From positions 3,749-67,748 of the forward strand of contig JBDLUH010000001.1 in NCBI GenBank assembly GCA_039805425.1: a stretch of 64,000 nt of DNA. Direction: 5' to 3'. The stretch comes from Actinomycetota bacterium (lineage in GTDB: Bacteria; Actinomycetota; Actinomycetes; Actinomycetales; Microbacteriaceae). Shown here one piece after another: positions 38,405 to 48,333 of the stretch. Made by a program: the position numbers and the translations under genes. The notes beneath the pieces are model-generated. The model did no database searches, was not told the origin of the DNA, and saw nothing but the letters and a program-made list of their open reading frames with translations. The number at the start of each line of letters is the position of its first letter. Within the stretch, counting starts at the first letter, position 1.

Positions 38405-39195
38405 TTTCACTTAGGCGCCGTGCTTTAGAGCTACTGGGCAACACCCTGCTTTCACTTTTGGTGGTTGTGCTGCTTTGGTTCTTTGCGCTTTGGGCATTTA
38501 ATGTAAAGCCATTCATTGGTAAGAACCCACTTGATGTTTATAAGTTCTTGTTTGAGGTGCCAACGGCTGGCGAAAACCGCATCATGGTTTCAGAAGCACT
38601 CACACAAACCATGCTTGATGCCTCTATTGGTTTTGTAGTTGGCATGTCACTAGCCACTTTGCTTTCGTTGTTGTTCAGTCTCTCAAAAGGAATCGAACAA
38701 TCGCTGATGCCAATTGCCATGCTGCTTCGTTCTGTTCCGCTGATTGCCATGGCACCAATAATTGTTTTGATTTTTGGGCGCGAGCAAATGTCAGTTGCGG
38801 TGATGGGTGCAATTGTTGTGCTGTTTCCTGCGCTAGTAAATATTGTTTTTGGATTGCGAAGTGCACCAGCGGCCATGTTTGATCTTGTCAAAGTTTACGG
38901 TGGCAATAAGTTAGATGTTCTTCGCACAGTGGCACTGCCTTCATCGCTGCCTTTGTTTTTTGCCGCCCTCAAAATATCGGTGCCCGGTGCCATCACCGGA
39001 GCTCTTCTTGTAGAGTGGCTGGCCACTGGCCAAGGAATCGGCTATGCCATAGTCTCGGCAATTGGAAGGGCCAGGCCTTCTGAAGTCTGGACCTACGTGG
39101 CCCTTATCACAGTTGTTTCCATAGTTCTTTACAACCTGGTTGCTCTATTAGAGGAATACGTACTGGCTAAATTCGGTCACGCCAAGCGCCAGTGA
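38401..39195 (+). CDS. ABC transporter permease (second subunit)
   Basis: ATGA overlap with the previous stop; VPLIAMAP, GALLVEWLATGQGIG. Confidence 0.88.
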   Translation: MISLRRRALELLGNTLLSLLVVVLLWFFALWAFNVKPFIGKNPLDVYKFLFEVPTAGENRIMVSEALTQTMLDASIGFVVGMSLATLLSLLFSLSKGIEQSLMPIAMLLRSVPLIAMAPIIVLIFGREQMSVAVMGAIVVLFPALVNIVFGLRSAPAAMFDLVKVYGGNKLDVLRTVALPSSLPLFFAALKISVPGAITGALLVEWLATGQGIGYAIVSAIGRARPSEVWTYVALITVVSIVLYNLVALLEEYVLAKFGHAKRQ

Positions 39196-39210
39196 TTTCG
39201 CCAGTGATTT
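39187..39210. repeat. 12-bp tandem duplication covering a stop codon
   Basis: CGCCAGTGATTT twice. Confidence 0.85.
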
Positions 39211-39247
39211 CGGCAAGGTTATAGGCAACTGAGCGTAGGCTTAGAGG

Positions 39248-40087
39248 GTGCTAAGACGCCTAGTTATCATTTCAAGACCAGTCCTCTGGATCAACACCAT
39301 CGGCACCACCGTGATGGGCATGTGGTTGGCCGGTTTCATCTGGGACTGGCGCGTGCTGCCAATTCTGATTTGGGTCACGCTACCTTTTAACCTTCTTATC
39401 TACGGCATCAACGACATCTTCGACCAAGAAACAGACAACATTAACGCCCGCAAGGGTGGCTACGAGGGTGCTCACATTTCGCCCAATGAAGTCAAGCCAA
39501 TTTGGTGGGGCGTGCTACTCACCAACCTGCCGTTCCTTGGCTACTTTGCCCTAACTCTTCCTTGGCAGGCCACCGCCTGGATGTTGGCCTACGCCCTGTT
39601 CTTTACCTTCTACTCTGCCCCGCCGCTTCGCCTAAAGGCCCGCGCTTATCTAGACAGCTTCTCAAACACCGATTACGCCTTTCCGTTGGCCTTTGTTCCA
39701 CTTGCCCTTGGTAAAGAGCCAATTTGGTTGGCGGTGTTCGCGCTGATGGCTTGGTCTATTGCCAAGCATGCCTACGATGCAATTCAGGATATTCCGCAAG
39801 ATGCTGACACCGGTATTGTCACAACCGCTGTGCACCTTGGCGTGAAAAAGACTTTGATCTGGTGTGGTTTCTGGTGGTTGGTTGCCACAGTGCTGTTTGC
39901 CATGGTGAACGTGCCGGTTGCTTTTGTAAACCTATTGATTTCTGGCTACCTGGTGCTGAAGGTCTGGCAAAACCCAACCCCTAAAGTTGCCCACGATCTA
40001 TACAAATACTCAATTACTTTTCCTTATGTTGCCGGAGCGGTTGCAGGTGTGCAATTGGTGGCCGCAATTTTTCTAGGCGTGTACTAG
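39248..40087 (+). CDS. UbiA-family prenyltransferase, lycopene elongase-like (CrtEb/LyeJ)
   Basis: SRPVLWINT, YGINDIFDQETD..NARKGG.EG, YSAPPLRLK, HAYDAIQDI..D. Confidence 0.82.
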   Translation: MLRRLVIISRPVLWINTIGTTVMGMWLAGFIWDWRVLPILIWVTLPFNLLIYGINDIFDQETDNINARKGGYEGAHISPNEVKPIWWGVLLTNLPFLGYFALTLPWQATAWMLAYALFFTFYSAPPLRLKARAYLDSFSNTDYAFPLAFVPLALGKEPIWLAVFALMAWSIAKHAYDAIQDIPQDADTGIVTTAVHLGVKKTLIWCGFWWLVATVLFAMVNVPVAFVNLLISGYLVLKVWQNPTPKVAHDLYKYSITFPYVAGAVAGVQLVAAIFLGVY

Positions 40088-41484
40088 TGAAAAAAGCTGT
40101 TGTACTTGGTGCCGGAATATCTGGCCTGGCAAGTGCGGCACTACTTGCTCAAGCAGGCTATGAAGTAACCGTTTTAGAGCGAAACAACTGGATAGGTGGC
40201 AAGAGCCGCCGCGTTGAGGTTAAAGGCCAACGCATGGATACCGGGCCAGCGCTAGTTACCTTTCCTGAAGTGTGGCAACAATTCTTAGATACCTACGATC
40301 AGCTTGGTGCCGCTAAGCATTCGAGCGTTCCAGCGATTGAATTCACAAAACTAAATGAAGTTGGCCGCTACTTTTTTCGTGAGCACGAAACCGATTTACC
40401 GGTAAAGCCCGATCACGAATGGTTTGACGCGTGGTCAAGATTTCAAAAACAGCATGATCAAATCACATCATCAATTTCAACTTTGTTGACTGCGCATCCG
40501 TTTGACCCAAAAGCTTTGCCTGCACTTGGTGCAATGCTCAAGGTTTACGGTACACGTCTAACCACTCAGAGCTACATCAAGTCACTTAAGTGGATGCCCG
40601 CTGGTCTTCGCGAAGTAATTGCAATTCACACTTTGAACGCGGGCGTATCACCCAAACAAACGCTTGCAATCTACGCATCAATGACAGCTGCCATGGCCTC
40701 GCAGGGCATCTCAGTTCCGGTTGGTGGCGTAAATGAAATTCCGCAGACCATCGCAAAGCTGGCAACTGCTGCCGGTGCGCAAATCAAGTTGGGCCAAAAG
40801 GTTGTCGGTGTTAAAAAAGGTTTGGTTACAACGGTTGATAGCGAATACCCTGCAGACCTGGTGGTCAGCTCACTAGACCCAGAGGTGCTGCGTGTGCTGC
40901 TTGGCAAGAAGCCTAAGCAGCCAAAGGGCAAGCGTTCGTGCTCAGGTGTTGCAATTTATGCCGTGCTTAAGCAGCCGCTGCCTGAGGGCACTGTGACTCA
41001 CTCGGTGGTAATGCCCGATGAACCTGCAGAACTTTATGCAGCGCTTGAGTCAGCCGTGCCACCTAGGCAGACCATGGCCTTTGTGAACTACTACAAAGCA
41101 GGTGAGGTCTACCCAAACACCAAGCCAACCGTTGCCGTGCTTTTGACTGCACCTGCCGATGGCAAAACCTACGACCTCAACAGCCCTTGGGTTCGTGCCG
41201 AGGTTGACCGCATATCAAAGGTGATGGGCCTTGATGCACCAATCGATGAGCTCTTTGAAGATCACCTCATTTTGACCCCAGAGTACTTTGGCGAGTGGGG
41301 TTCAGCTCTAGGTGCGCTCTATGGCAAGAATAATCCGCTCTGGATGTCAGGCCCATTCCATAACCCGCAATACGGCAACATTTTTAGGCCTTGGCTTCGC
41401 CGCGTAGGTGCATCGGTTCACCCAGGCGGCGGTATTCCTGCGGTGCTGGGCGGAACCCTTATTTCGCTTCGAAAACTAAAGTAA
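40087..41484 (+). CDS. Phytoene-desaturase-family carotenoid oxidoreductase (CrtI/CrtD-like)
   Basis: GAGISGL FAD motif, DTGP, C-terminal VGASVHPGGGIPAV. Confidence 0.82.
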   Translation: MKKAVVLGAGISGLASAALLAQAGYEVTVLERNNWIGGKSRRVEVKGQRMDTGPALVTFPEVWQQFLDTYDQLGAAKHSSVPAIEFTKLNEVGRYFFREHETDLPVKPDHEWFDAWSRFQKQHDQITSSISTLLTAHPFDPKALPALGAMLKVYGTRLTTQSYIKSLKWMPAGLREVIAIHTLNAGVSPKQTLAIYASMTAAMASQGISVPVGGVNEIPQTIAKLATAAGAQIKLGQKVVGVKKGLVTTVDSEYPADLVVSSLDPEVLRVLLGKKPKQPKGKRSCSGVAIYAVLKQPLPEGTVTHSVVMPDEPAELYAALESAVPPRQTMAFVNYYKAGEVYPNTKPTVAVLLTAPADGKTYDLNSPWVRAEVDRISKVMGLDAPIDELFEDHLILTPEYFGEWGSALGALYGKNNPLWMSGPFHNPQYGNIFRPWLRRVGASVHPGGGIPAVLGGTLISLRKLK

Positions 41485-43141
41485 AAACGGCACCACCCGC
41501 TGAGCCAGCAGCCAGCTGCCACCCTCCGGGAGCAACGGAATCAAAAAACTTTGATCCCAAACCTGCTTTTTTCTTCACTGGCCCAAGGCCATCGTCTACT
41601 ACCGAAATCTGGACTTGATTCGTTGTTTGCAGGATGGAAATGTGAGCCGCCTTGGCATGACCGTGACGAACTGCGTTCGAGATTGCCTCATTAGCTACTT
41701 GCGCCAACTGACGACCCAAGATTGGTGGCAGATTTAAATTACCAATTGGAACATCAATTGTTATCTCTACAAAACCAGCCCAATTGTATTTGAGGTCGTT
41801 CAATTGCTCGAAAAGTGAACCAGTTTGAGTCACTCTGCTAAACGTACCCGCGCTATCAAGAAGGCGCTCTACCTCGGCAAGCTCTCGAAGAAGTTCTTTA
41901 GGATCATTACCAAGACGTTCAATTCTCAATGCTGATGAAATTAGTTGATTTTGGATGCTGCCATGTAAGTAATTTGCAAACTCACGATTTAGCAAAAGAT
42001 TACTAGAGGCACGCACATCACTTTTTATGCCTTCACTGCCTAGAAGCCTTAAAAGCTCACGCCTAACCTCTAGATGATTTTCACGCATTACCCGAGCTAT
42101 TCCTAGAACCAACGTAACTTCAACAAACCAAATGAATATTGCAATCGATATACTGATTGGGTCCGCTATAGGCAATGACCCAAGCAGGGCCGTGCTAAGC
42201 GTCATTATGCCAAAAGTAGTTAGTACAAGGGTTGAAACATACACACCAATGGCAGAAGAAAGGGTTCTGGCTGGGATTAGACCACCTATTGAAAAGCCAG
42301 TAAAAATAATAAGTGCCCCAAGAAGTGTTCTAAGAACTGCATCTGCTACACCGTTATAGAAGAGTGCTGGAGGAATAGTAATTACCGCATAGAACCCAGC
42401 TGTAGGAGCGGCAAAGAACCTCTTGTTTAGCAAAGCAAGGCGAATAAGTTCACCAGGAACATAATTGGCAAATTTATTATTTTCACGCTCCCAAAGTTTA
42501 TGACTTAAGGGCCTCAAACCTTGTTCAACGATGTCCATGATCACTTTACTGGCGGGTTCTTTTTGTTCGCGCAATTGAGTTTTGGCTTGTGAAACAAAAG
42601 TTTTTAGATCTTGAATAATCTCAGAACTCAATTCTCGAAATTCCGTGCTTTTAGTAATTTCCTGAACACGCTCAGCAATTAATAGGTCACGCTCTTCCTG
42701 GTATCGGTTTTGCGCCGCTGTGATAGCTGAAGCGCCAAGCACTACCATCACCCCAAGAAAAGCAGTTTGCAAAGTTCTTGAATTTATGCTGTCCAAAAGA
42801 TTGCTTTCAAAACCAACTGCAACAGCGGTAGCAGCCGTGGCTAACCCTTTTATGGACCCCAAACTTAAACCAAACAAAATGACTTGATAGATAGGTACTG
42901 GATTTTCTTTGCGATTAGAGAAAAATAATCTTGCACATATTTCTATCCAAGCCCAACAGATTGCCAGCGCAATCAAGTTAATCAGACCAAGCCAAAGCCA
43001 ATTTTCTACGCCCGGTGAGTGCCTCGAGATTAGTACTGAATTGAAAAAGTACAAAGGGCTGAGGGCAAAATAGATACGTTTATCTAAAAAGCTTTTGCCG
43101 CCTAGATCTGCTCGAAGATTTCTAATATCAAGCGGAAGCAT
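41459..43141 (-). CDS. Membrane sensor histidine kinase (NarX/DesK-like)
   Basis: Many TM helices; ANYLHGSIQ H-box, EAISNAVRHG N-box, DDGLG, GLG. Confidence 0.88.
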   Translation of the reverse strand: MLPLDIRNLRADLGGKSFLDKRIYFALSPLYFFNSVLISRHSPGVENWLWLGLINLIALAICWAWIEICARLFFSNRKENPVPIYQVILFGLSLGSIKGLATAATAVAVGFESNLLDSINSRTLQTAFLGVMVVLGASAITAAQNRYQEERDLLIAERVQEITKSTEFRELSSEIIQDLKTFVSQAKTQLREQKEPASKVIMDIVEQGLRPLSHKLWERENNKFANYVPGELIRLALLNKRFFAAPTAGFYAVITIPPALFYNGVADAVLRTLLGALIIFTGFSIGGLIPARTLSSAIGVYVSTLVLTTFGIMTLSTALLGSLPIADPISISIAIFIWFVEVTLVLGIARVMRENHLEVRRELLRLLGSEGIKSDVRASSNLLLNREFANYLHGSIQNQLISSALRIERLGNDPKELLRELAEVERLLDSAGTFSRVTQTGSLFEQLNDLKYNWAGFVEITIDVPIGNLNLPPILGRQLAQVANEAISNAVRHGHAKAAHISILQTTNQVQISVVDDGLGPVKKKAGLGSKFFDSVAPGGWQLAAGSAGGAVFTLVFEAK

Positions 43142-43772
43142 CTAAACTGTGCCCACTTGCCCTGAAGTAAACCTTCGCCATGTGCACCCTTTGATTTTTT
43201 GTTGAATCAGGTGATAGCCCAAGTATCTTGGCGATGCGAGTTATGGTGACTTCTACAGATCTTTCAGTAACAAACCGTCTTCGTGCAATCTCCGCATTGG
43301 AGTAGCCTTCGGCCAAATATTTTAGAGTCTCTAAGTGAACGTCACTTAGGTCTGCCAAAGGATTTTCTGGCTTTAATGAGACCTGATGGGTTGCACCAAC
43401 GGAAGCTGCCTTAATTGCCTTGATTAAAATTCCTACGTTTGAGATTTGGCTTTTTGTTAAGTATTGAGAGTTTCCTGGCAGTTTTGGAAGTGACGGGCTT
43501 AGCAACCTAGGATCATCAAAACTGGTCAGAAACACAATGCCAGCTGAGGGATTTTTTCGCCTCATAGCTTGAGCCACGTCAATTCCTGTTGGGCCAACGC
43601 CTAAGTGCAGATCCAACACTGCAACGTCAAAGTGCTGAGACTCTATTAGCAACGCGGCATCAGATGCAGTGGCAGACTCAAAAACGTTGGGTAGGCCCTG
43701 TGACTTGAGTGCCGTGTAGAGCATTAGTCGCGTGAAAGTGTCATTTTCGACAATCAGAATTCGCGGTCCCAC
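43128..43772 (-). CDS. NarL/LuxR-family response regulator
   Basis: Receiver DVAVLDLHL..GPTG; HTH LAEGYSNAEIARRRFVTERSVE. Confidence 0.92.
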   Translation of the reverse strand: MGPRILIVENDTFTRLMLYTALKSQGLPNVFESATASDAALLIESQHFDVAVLDLHLGVGPTGIDVAQAMRRKNPSAGIVFLTSFDDPRLLSPSLPKLPGNSQYLTKSQISNVGILIKAIKAASVGATHQVSLKPENPLADLSDVHLETLKYLAEGYSNAEIARRRFVTERSVEVTITRIAKILGLSPDSTKNQRVHMAKVYFRASGHSLDASA

Positions 43773-43972
43773 GGCACACTCCTTACAGCTACAAGTATTG
43801 GGCTAAAAGCCTGTTTCAAGCAGAATTTAGCCAGGCAGGTTAGTTTCTGCTGTGGTAGCACAGCTATTTGAACCTTTTGAGGCCAATAATTCTGCGGTTG
43901 AAAGTGCCAGGCAATTAACTAGTTCTAACTAAATATGCGCAACCGGTTTGGTTGCGTTGGGGAAAGGAAGAA

Positions 43973-44734
43973 ATGAATACCCGAATTAAAAAGTCTTTCG
44001 CAGCGGTGGCCTTGACCTTCGCCATCACTGGCCTAGCGGCTGGTTTCAGCGGAATTGCTCTTGCAACGGCCGCCGAAGGCGAGCGCCCTACAGAGGCCTC
44101 CGGAAATGTTGGCAACACAACTACAAGCGCGTCAACCACAACTTTGCCGTGGTGTGGATGGTACATCAACGGTTTGAGTAATGAAATTATTCTCGAAGGT
44201 GAAAGCACTTATGAGGGTGTTGAAGTGGATCTATCTGGCTCGTCTGCGGCTCAGGTTAGTGCCTTCGTAAATGGCAGCTCAACCTACAGTGCCACTTCAA
44301 CAAATTGTTCATGGTACTCAGACTCAAATAAGCAGTCTGCATCTCTTACCGTGGCATTAGCGGAAGGAGAGATGACAGCATTCACAGCGGCCACCGACCG
44401 ATTGGACAGCTCTGATACATCCATGAACTTTGAACTGACCAGTGACAACAAACTAGCTATCACTGCAACCCCCGATTCGGATTGCGAGACAAACAACTTT
44501 GCAGTGGTATCCGATGCGTCAATCTACTCTGGACAGACTACTTCTACGCCAGTTAGAAGCTCGAATCTGAGAACTGAAATATCGACAACAAATAAATGTT
44601 CTTGGACTATGAATTACGCCACCACAATTCCAGCAAATAAGACACCAAAGTACGGTAACGAGACCTATAACTACACCGGTCCAACACTTGTCACATCTCT
44701 TGCAGTTGCAGATGCTGTTGCGCCAACACCATAA
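43973..44734 (+). CDS. Secreted Ser/Thr-rich beta-strand protein (possible WxL-like or fibre subunit)
   Basis: RBS AAGGAAG then MNTRIKK signal peptide; four Cys; C-terminal YNYTGPTLVTSL strand. Confidence 0.65.
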   Translation: MNTRIKKSFAAVALTFAITGLAAGFSGIALATAAEGERPTEASGNVGNTTTSASTTTLPWCGWYINGLSNEIILEGESTYEGVEVDLSGSSAAQVSAFVNGSSTYSATSTNCSWYSDSNKQSASLTVALAEGEMTAFTAATDRLDSSDTSMNFELTSDNKLAITATPDSDCETNNFAVVSDASIYSGQTTSTPVRSSNLRTEISTTNKCSWTMNYATTIPANKTPKYGNETYNYTGPTLVTSLAVADAVAPTP

Positions 44735-44751
44735 CTAGGAAAAACAATTAT

Positions 44752-44783
44752 GTTTGGGCGAGTGGGGAACCGCTCGCCCAAAC
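44752..44783 (+). terminator. 14-bp GGAA-tetraloop hairpin between the two surface-protein genes
   Basis: GTTTGGGCGAGTGG-GGAA-CCGCTCGCCCAAAC, then T-rich TTCTTTGATTT. Confidence 0.72.
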
Positions 44784-44813
44784 TTCTTTGATTTCAAAGG
44801 AATACAAAACATT

Positions 44814-45857
44814 TTGATACGAAAGATTCTGATTCTTTTTTTCACCGCTTGGCTTGTGTCATTGCCAACAATTTCAAAAGCTGCGGGTGACGACCTTGGC
44901 GTAGCAGTTCAAGTTTTGGTAGGCGGCCAGGACTCCAGTAAGGATGTAAATCAGAACAACAAACTTTGGTTCGTCATTGAGCCCGGAAGTTCCGGGTCTA
45001 GAACAGTCATGGTAGCAAGCACCTCAAACGTTGATCAAAAAATTCAGCTCTCTGTCGGCGCCCAAAAAGAAACAAACGGGCTCTTGTCCTACGACCAAGA
45101 AGGCATTACCAAAGTCAGTGAATGGGCATCGTTCTCTAAGAACAATTTCATTCTGAAGGCTAATAAAAGCACAGAAGTTAAGTTGACGCTGAACGTGCCT
45201 AAAGATTCAGCAATTGAAGTTCTGAGACCCGCTCTTTTAGTACAGGCGAAGGCTGCCAAGACAAGCAACGCGCAATACAAAATCCCCACAGCAATGCGCT
45301 TTATCCAAGGTATGTTTCTAGGGGTCGGGACTACAGAAGATTTCTCAACAAAGTTCACTATCGATGATGTCTATGGGCTCACTACTGACCGAGGCCGTGA
45401 AATCTTCATTAAATTTACTAATACCGGGGGTACGCCTCTTGCTCTTGAGGGCGATCTGCAATTAAGCAGCCAAACATTTGCAGGGCAAAACTTTGGCCCC
45501 TTCAAATTTTCAACAGCCACGATATTGCCAGGAACCTCTGGGCTCACCTCACTGCCTGCAGACGCCGCGGTGAGTGAAGATAAATTTAGAATACTTGTCA
45601 GAGCTCAAATGGGGGCTGTAGAAGTATCGCGCGAATTCATTAAGGACCTGTCTTTCCCTGCGCCCTCATCTTGGCAGGGATTCCTCCTAAATGTCGGAAT
45701 TATTCTTATGGCTGGTGCTTTAGGGGTATTCGCACTTCGGACCCTTAGAAAACCAACCGATAAGGCTCCCCGCAAGAAATTTAACACCAACAATATAGTT
45801 CTGCTGTTTATCATTTACACCTTCAAGACACTTCGTAAAAAGGTACTCAATCGGTAG
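44814..45857 (+). CDS. Membrane-anchored protein with DUF916-like (WxL-interacting) Ig folds
   Basis: Signal peptide; IEPGSSGSRTVMV..S, W......L.A.....V..TLNVPKD, FTNTGGT; C-terminal TM + basic tail. TTG start at 44814 inferred. Confidence 0.6.
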   Translation: MIRKILILFFTAWLVSLPTISKAAGDDLGVAVQVLVGGQDSSKDVNQNNKLWFVIEPGSSGSRTVMVASTSNVDQKIQLSVGAQKETNGLLSYDQEGITKVSEWASFSKNNFILKANKSTEVKLTLNVPKDSAIEVLRPALLVQAKAAKTSNAQYKIPTAMRFIQGMFLGVGTTEDFSTKFTIDDVYGLTTDRGREIFIKFTNTGGTPLALEGDLQLSSQTFAGQNFGPFKFSTATILPGTSGLTSLPADAAVSEDKFRILVRAQMGAVEVSREFIKDLSFPAPSSWQGFLLNVGIILMAGALGVFALRTLRKPTDKAPRKKFNTNNIVLLFIIYTFKTLRKKVLNR

Positions 45858-45872
45858 CAGTAGGCTTTAGTA

Positions 45873-46625
45873 ATGAGCCCACATTCACTTACCGAACTTC
45901 TTGATTGCGCACTTGAGGCTGCAAACGCAGGGGCAGCGGAGCTCAAGAAGCGCTTTGGTGGGCCGCTGGATGTTCAGTCAAAGACAAGTGCCGAAGACAA
46001 AGTTACAGATGCAGATTTAGCTTCAGAGCGAATTGTGCGCGAGGTAATTGAAAAGCTAAGACCAGAAGACACAATTAGCGGTGAAGAATTCGCTGAGTCT
46101 GTTGGTGTAAACGCCAAAGTGCGCTGGAGTATTGACCCGCTTGACGGCACAGTTAACTACACTCGCGGAATACCGTATTTTGCCACCTCAGTTGGTGCTC
46201 AAGACATAAAGACCGGCGAATGGCTGGCTGGTGCCGTTGTTGCACCAGCGCTTGGTGTTACCTACTTTGCAAAACTTGGTGGTGGAGCGTACAAAATACA
46301 GAATGGTCAAACCACTCAAATCTTTGGCCCACCGGCAGATCGCCAGACCAAAATTTTGGCTACTGGCTTCTCTTACTCTGCTGAGGAACGTGCAATGCAG
46401 TTCCAGAAGCTCAGCCAGATGATGCCTGATTTTGTTGATGTTCGTCGAATGGGCTCAGCGGCGCTGGATGCTTGCATGGTTGCCGATGGCACTGTTGATG
46501 TTTATTACGAAAAGCACATAAAAGAGCATGACTGGGCTGCAGCCTTGCTAATTGCCGAAGAGGCTGGGCAAACCGTAAAGCGCCCTGAGTTTCTAGGTGA
46601 TTTTGGGTCTGTAAACCTTAACTAA
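45873..46625 (+). CDS. Inositol monophosphatase family protein
   Basis: VTDAD, GEE, WSIDPLDGTVNY, RRMGSAALD, HDWAAA. Confidence 0.93.
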   Translation: MSPHSLTELLDCALEAANAGAAELKKRFGGPLDVQSKTSAEDKVTDADLASERIVREVIEKLRPEDTISGEEFAESVGVNAKVRWSIDPLDGTVNYTRGIPYFATSVGAQDIKTGEWLAGAVVAPALGVTYFAKLGGGAYKIQNGQTTQIFGPPADRQTKILATGFSYSAEERAMQFQKLSQMMPDFVDVRRMGSAALDACMVADGTVDVYYEKHIKEHDWAAALLIAEEAGQTVKRPEFLGDFGSVNLN

Positions 46626-48331
46626 AACTTTTTCCATTCCAACGCATCCAGCTCAATATGGTGGGTTTGACCCTCAATTGTCACTTCAACGACCATTGGA
46701 TGACGGTGTAAGTTGCTGGCCAAACCAGTTAGATTTCCGGCCGAATCTTGAGCGCCCATGGCCCAAACAAACCCATCTGGCGATTCACCCGTGTAGAGGT
46801 CGTGGCCGGCAAGGCTGGCAAGCTGCCTAACCGCCATAGCAGCTGGATACTCTTGCCCGGTTTCCGAGGCCAGCCCGCGTGGACCCCACTGTTCAAACCA
46901 GGTGATGCTGTCTACCCCAGATACCGATGTCGCAGCGGCAGAAGCAATTACCCAAGCTGCAAGTTCCCGCGTGGCTTGACGCTCATCGTTTGAACCGGTG
47001 AACTCGGCTCCGTAGCCCTCGCTTAGATCTGCTTTTGTTGGGGCAGGTTGCTTAAGAGTGGCAACGTTGTTGAATCTTGGGCGCAGGGTGATAGGACCAA
47101 TGTGTACCGGCTTGCCCTCTGCCATTTGCACCACTTGGTTTGCAATTATGCGCTGCATTGCAACAGACTCAAGTAGCTGCTCTGTTGTTAAGGAGTGAAA
47201 CAGCGGTGTAATTGAAAAAGTTAATTCAGTTGCACCCGGCAGTATTGTTTCTTGCTCACGATTCAATTCGGTGAAGTGAGACCTAGCACCGGTAACCACG
47301 GGAACAGTGAGTTGCGTTTCAGCTAGCGCTAGACCTAAAGCTTTGTTGAGTGCGGGTGTTGAAACATGAGATGCAGAATCAAAAACTCCAACTCTTATAA
47401 CTGGTAATTGTTTAAGTTGCGTTACTGCTGCCAACAAATCTGATTCCATTTGTGCGATGAAACGCACGTCAAGCTTTTTAGATGAATCTGCGGCACGATC
47501 CAAAGCAGCTTTCCAGTTAGTGCTTTGAAGGTCCAACTCAACCAAGGTAATCTCGTTGACTAACGAAAAGCCTTTCGGATTTCCACAGGTTTCCCAAGAT
47601 TCCGGCAATGCGTCTGATGCAGTGGATGCGCCAACCTGAATTTGCGGAAACTTACCGCTTTTAGTGAGTGCAATTCTATTTTGCTTAGCTGTTTCAATTG
47701 GTGCTGAAATTTGTTGCACCTGAATCTTTAAGATTTGCAAAATCTTTTCACCGGCTGCAACCAAGTACGGAAACGGTTTGCTAAGCGGGTGACTATAAGT
47801 CTTGAACGATGCATCAGACCAATTGCGCTGGTCTTCCATTTCAAATACATCACCGGCAAATGCAACATCAATTTGCAAGTGACTTTGCTGCCAACCAAGT
47901 GCCGCGATATCTAAAACAGGCTGGTTTGGGCTAATGCTAATTGGAAATATTGCAGATTCTGTCTCACCATTTGAGTGAGTCACTTCAAGAGTTGCACCAG
48001 CAACATCTGGTGAGTGCAAAACAATCAAGCCGGTGCGGTTTGTTTCATAGGCCTGCTGTGCAGTTAGTTCCATAGTGAAGGTAGCTACCGCACCCTCAAA
48101 CTTTGCGCCGACGATGCCTGTGAATTCTGCATCAAAGCCAACCGAGTGCACTGCCAACTCAAATTCATTTTCTGCTTGAGTCAGGGAGTCTATTTGCAAG
48201 TCAGCGGTGTTCCAGTTGCGGTCTCGAATTACCGCACGCACAGAGCGCAACACGGTTTGACCTTGAAACTTGATATCGGCAAATTCATCTAGGCGAAGAT
48301 CAAACTGCCAGTGCCCAGATTCTTGAATCAT
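46622..48331 (-). CDS. apnL: Probable D-apionate lactonase
   Basis: IRDRNWNT, TNRTG..VLH, GDVFEMEDQRNWSDASFKTY, HFTELNR, HIGPITLRPRFN; operon context. Confidence 0.68.
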   Translation of the reverse strand: MIQESGHWQFDLRLDEFADIKFQGQTVLRSVRAVIRDRNWNTADLQIDSLTQAENEFELAVHSVGFDAEFTGIVGAKFEGAVATFTMELTAQQAYETNRTGLIVLHSPDVAGATLEVTHSNGETESAIFPISISPNQPVLDIAALGWQQSHLQIDVAFAGDVFEMEDQRNWSDASFKTYSHPLSKPFPYLVAAGEKILQILKIQVQQISAPIETAKQNRIALTKSGKFPQIQVGASTASDALPESWETCGNPKGFSLVNEITLVELDLQSTNWKAALDRAADSSKKLDVRFIAQMESDLLAAVTQLKQLPVIRVGVFDSASHVSTPALNKALGLALAETQLTVPVVTGARSHFTELNREQETILPGATELTFSITPLFHSLTTEQLLESVAMQRIIANQVVQMAEGKPVHIGPITLRPRFNNVATLKQPAPTKADLSEGYGAEFTGSNDERQATRELAAWVIASAAATSVSGVDSITWFEQWGPRGLASETGQEYPAAMAVRQLASLAGHDLYTGESPDGFVWAMGAQDSAGNLTGLASNLHRHPMVVEVTIEGQTHHIELDALEWKKF

Positions 48332-48333
48332 TT

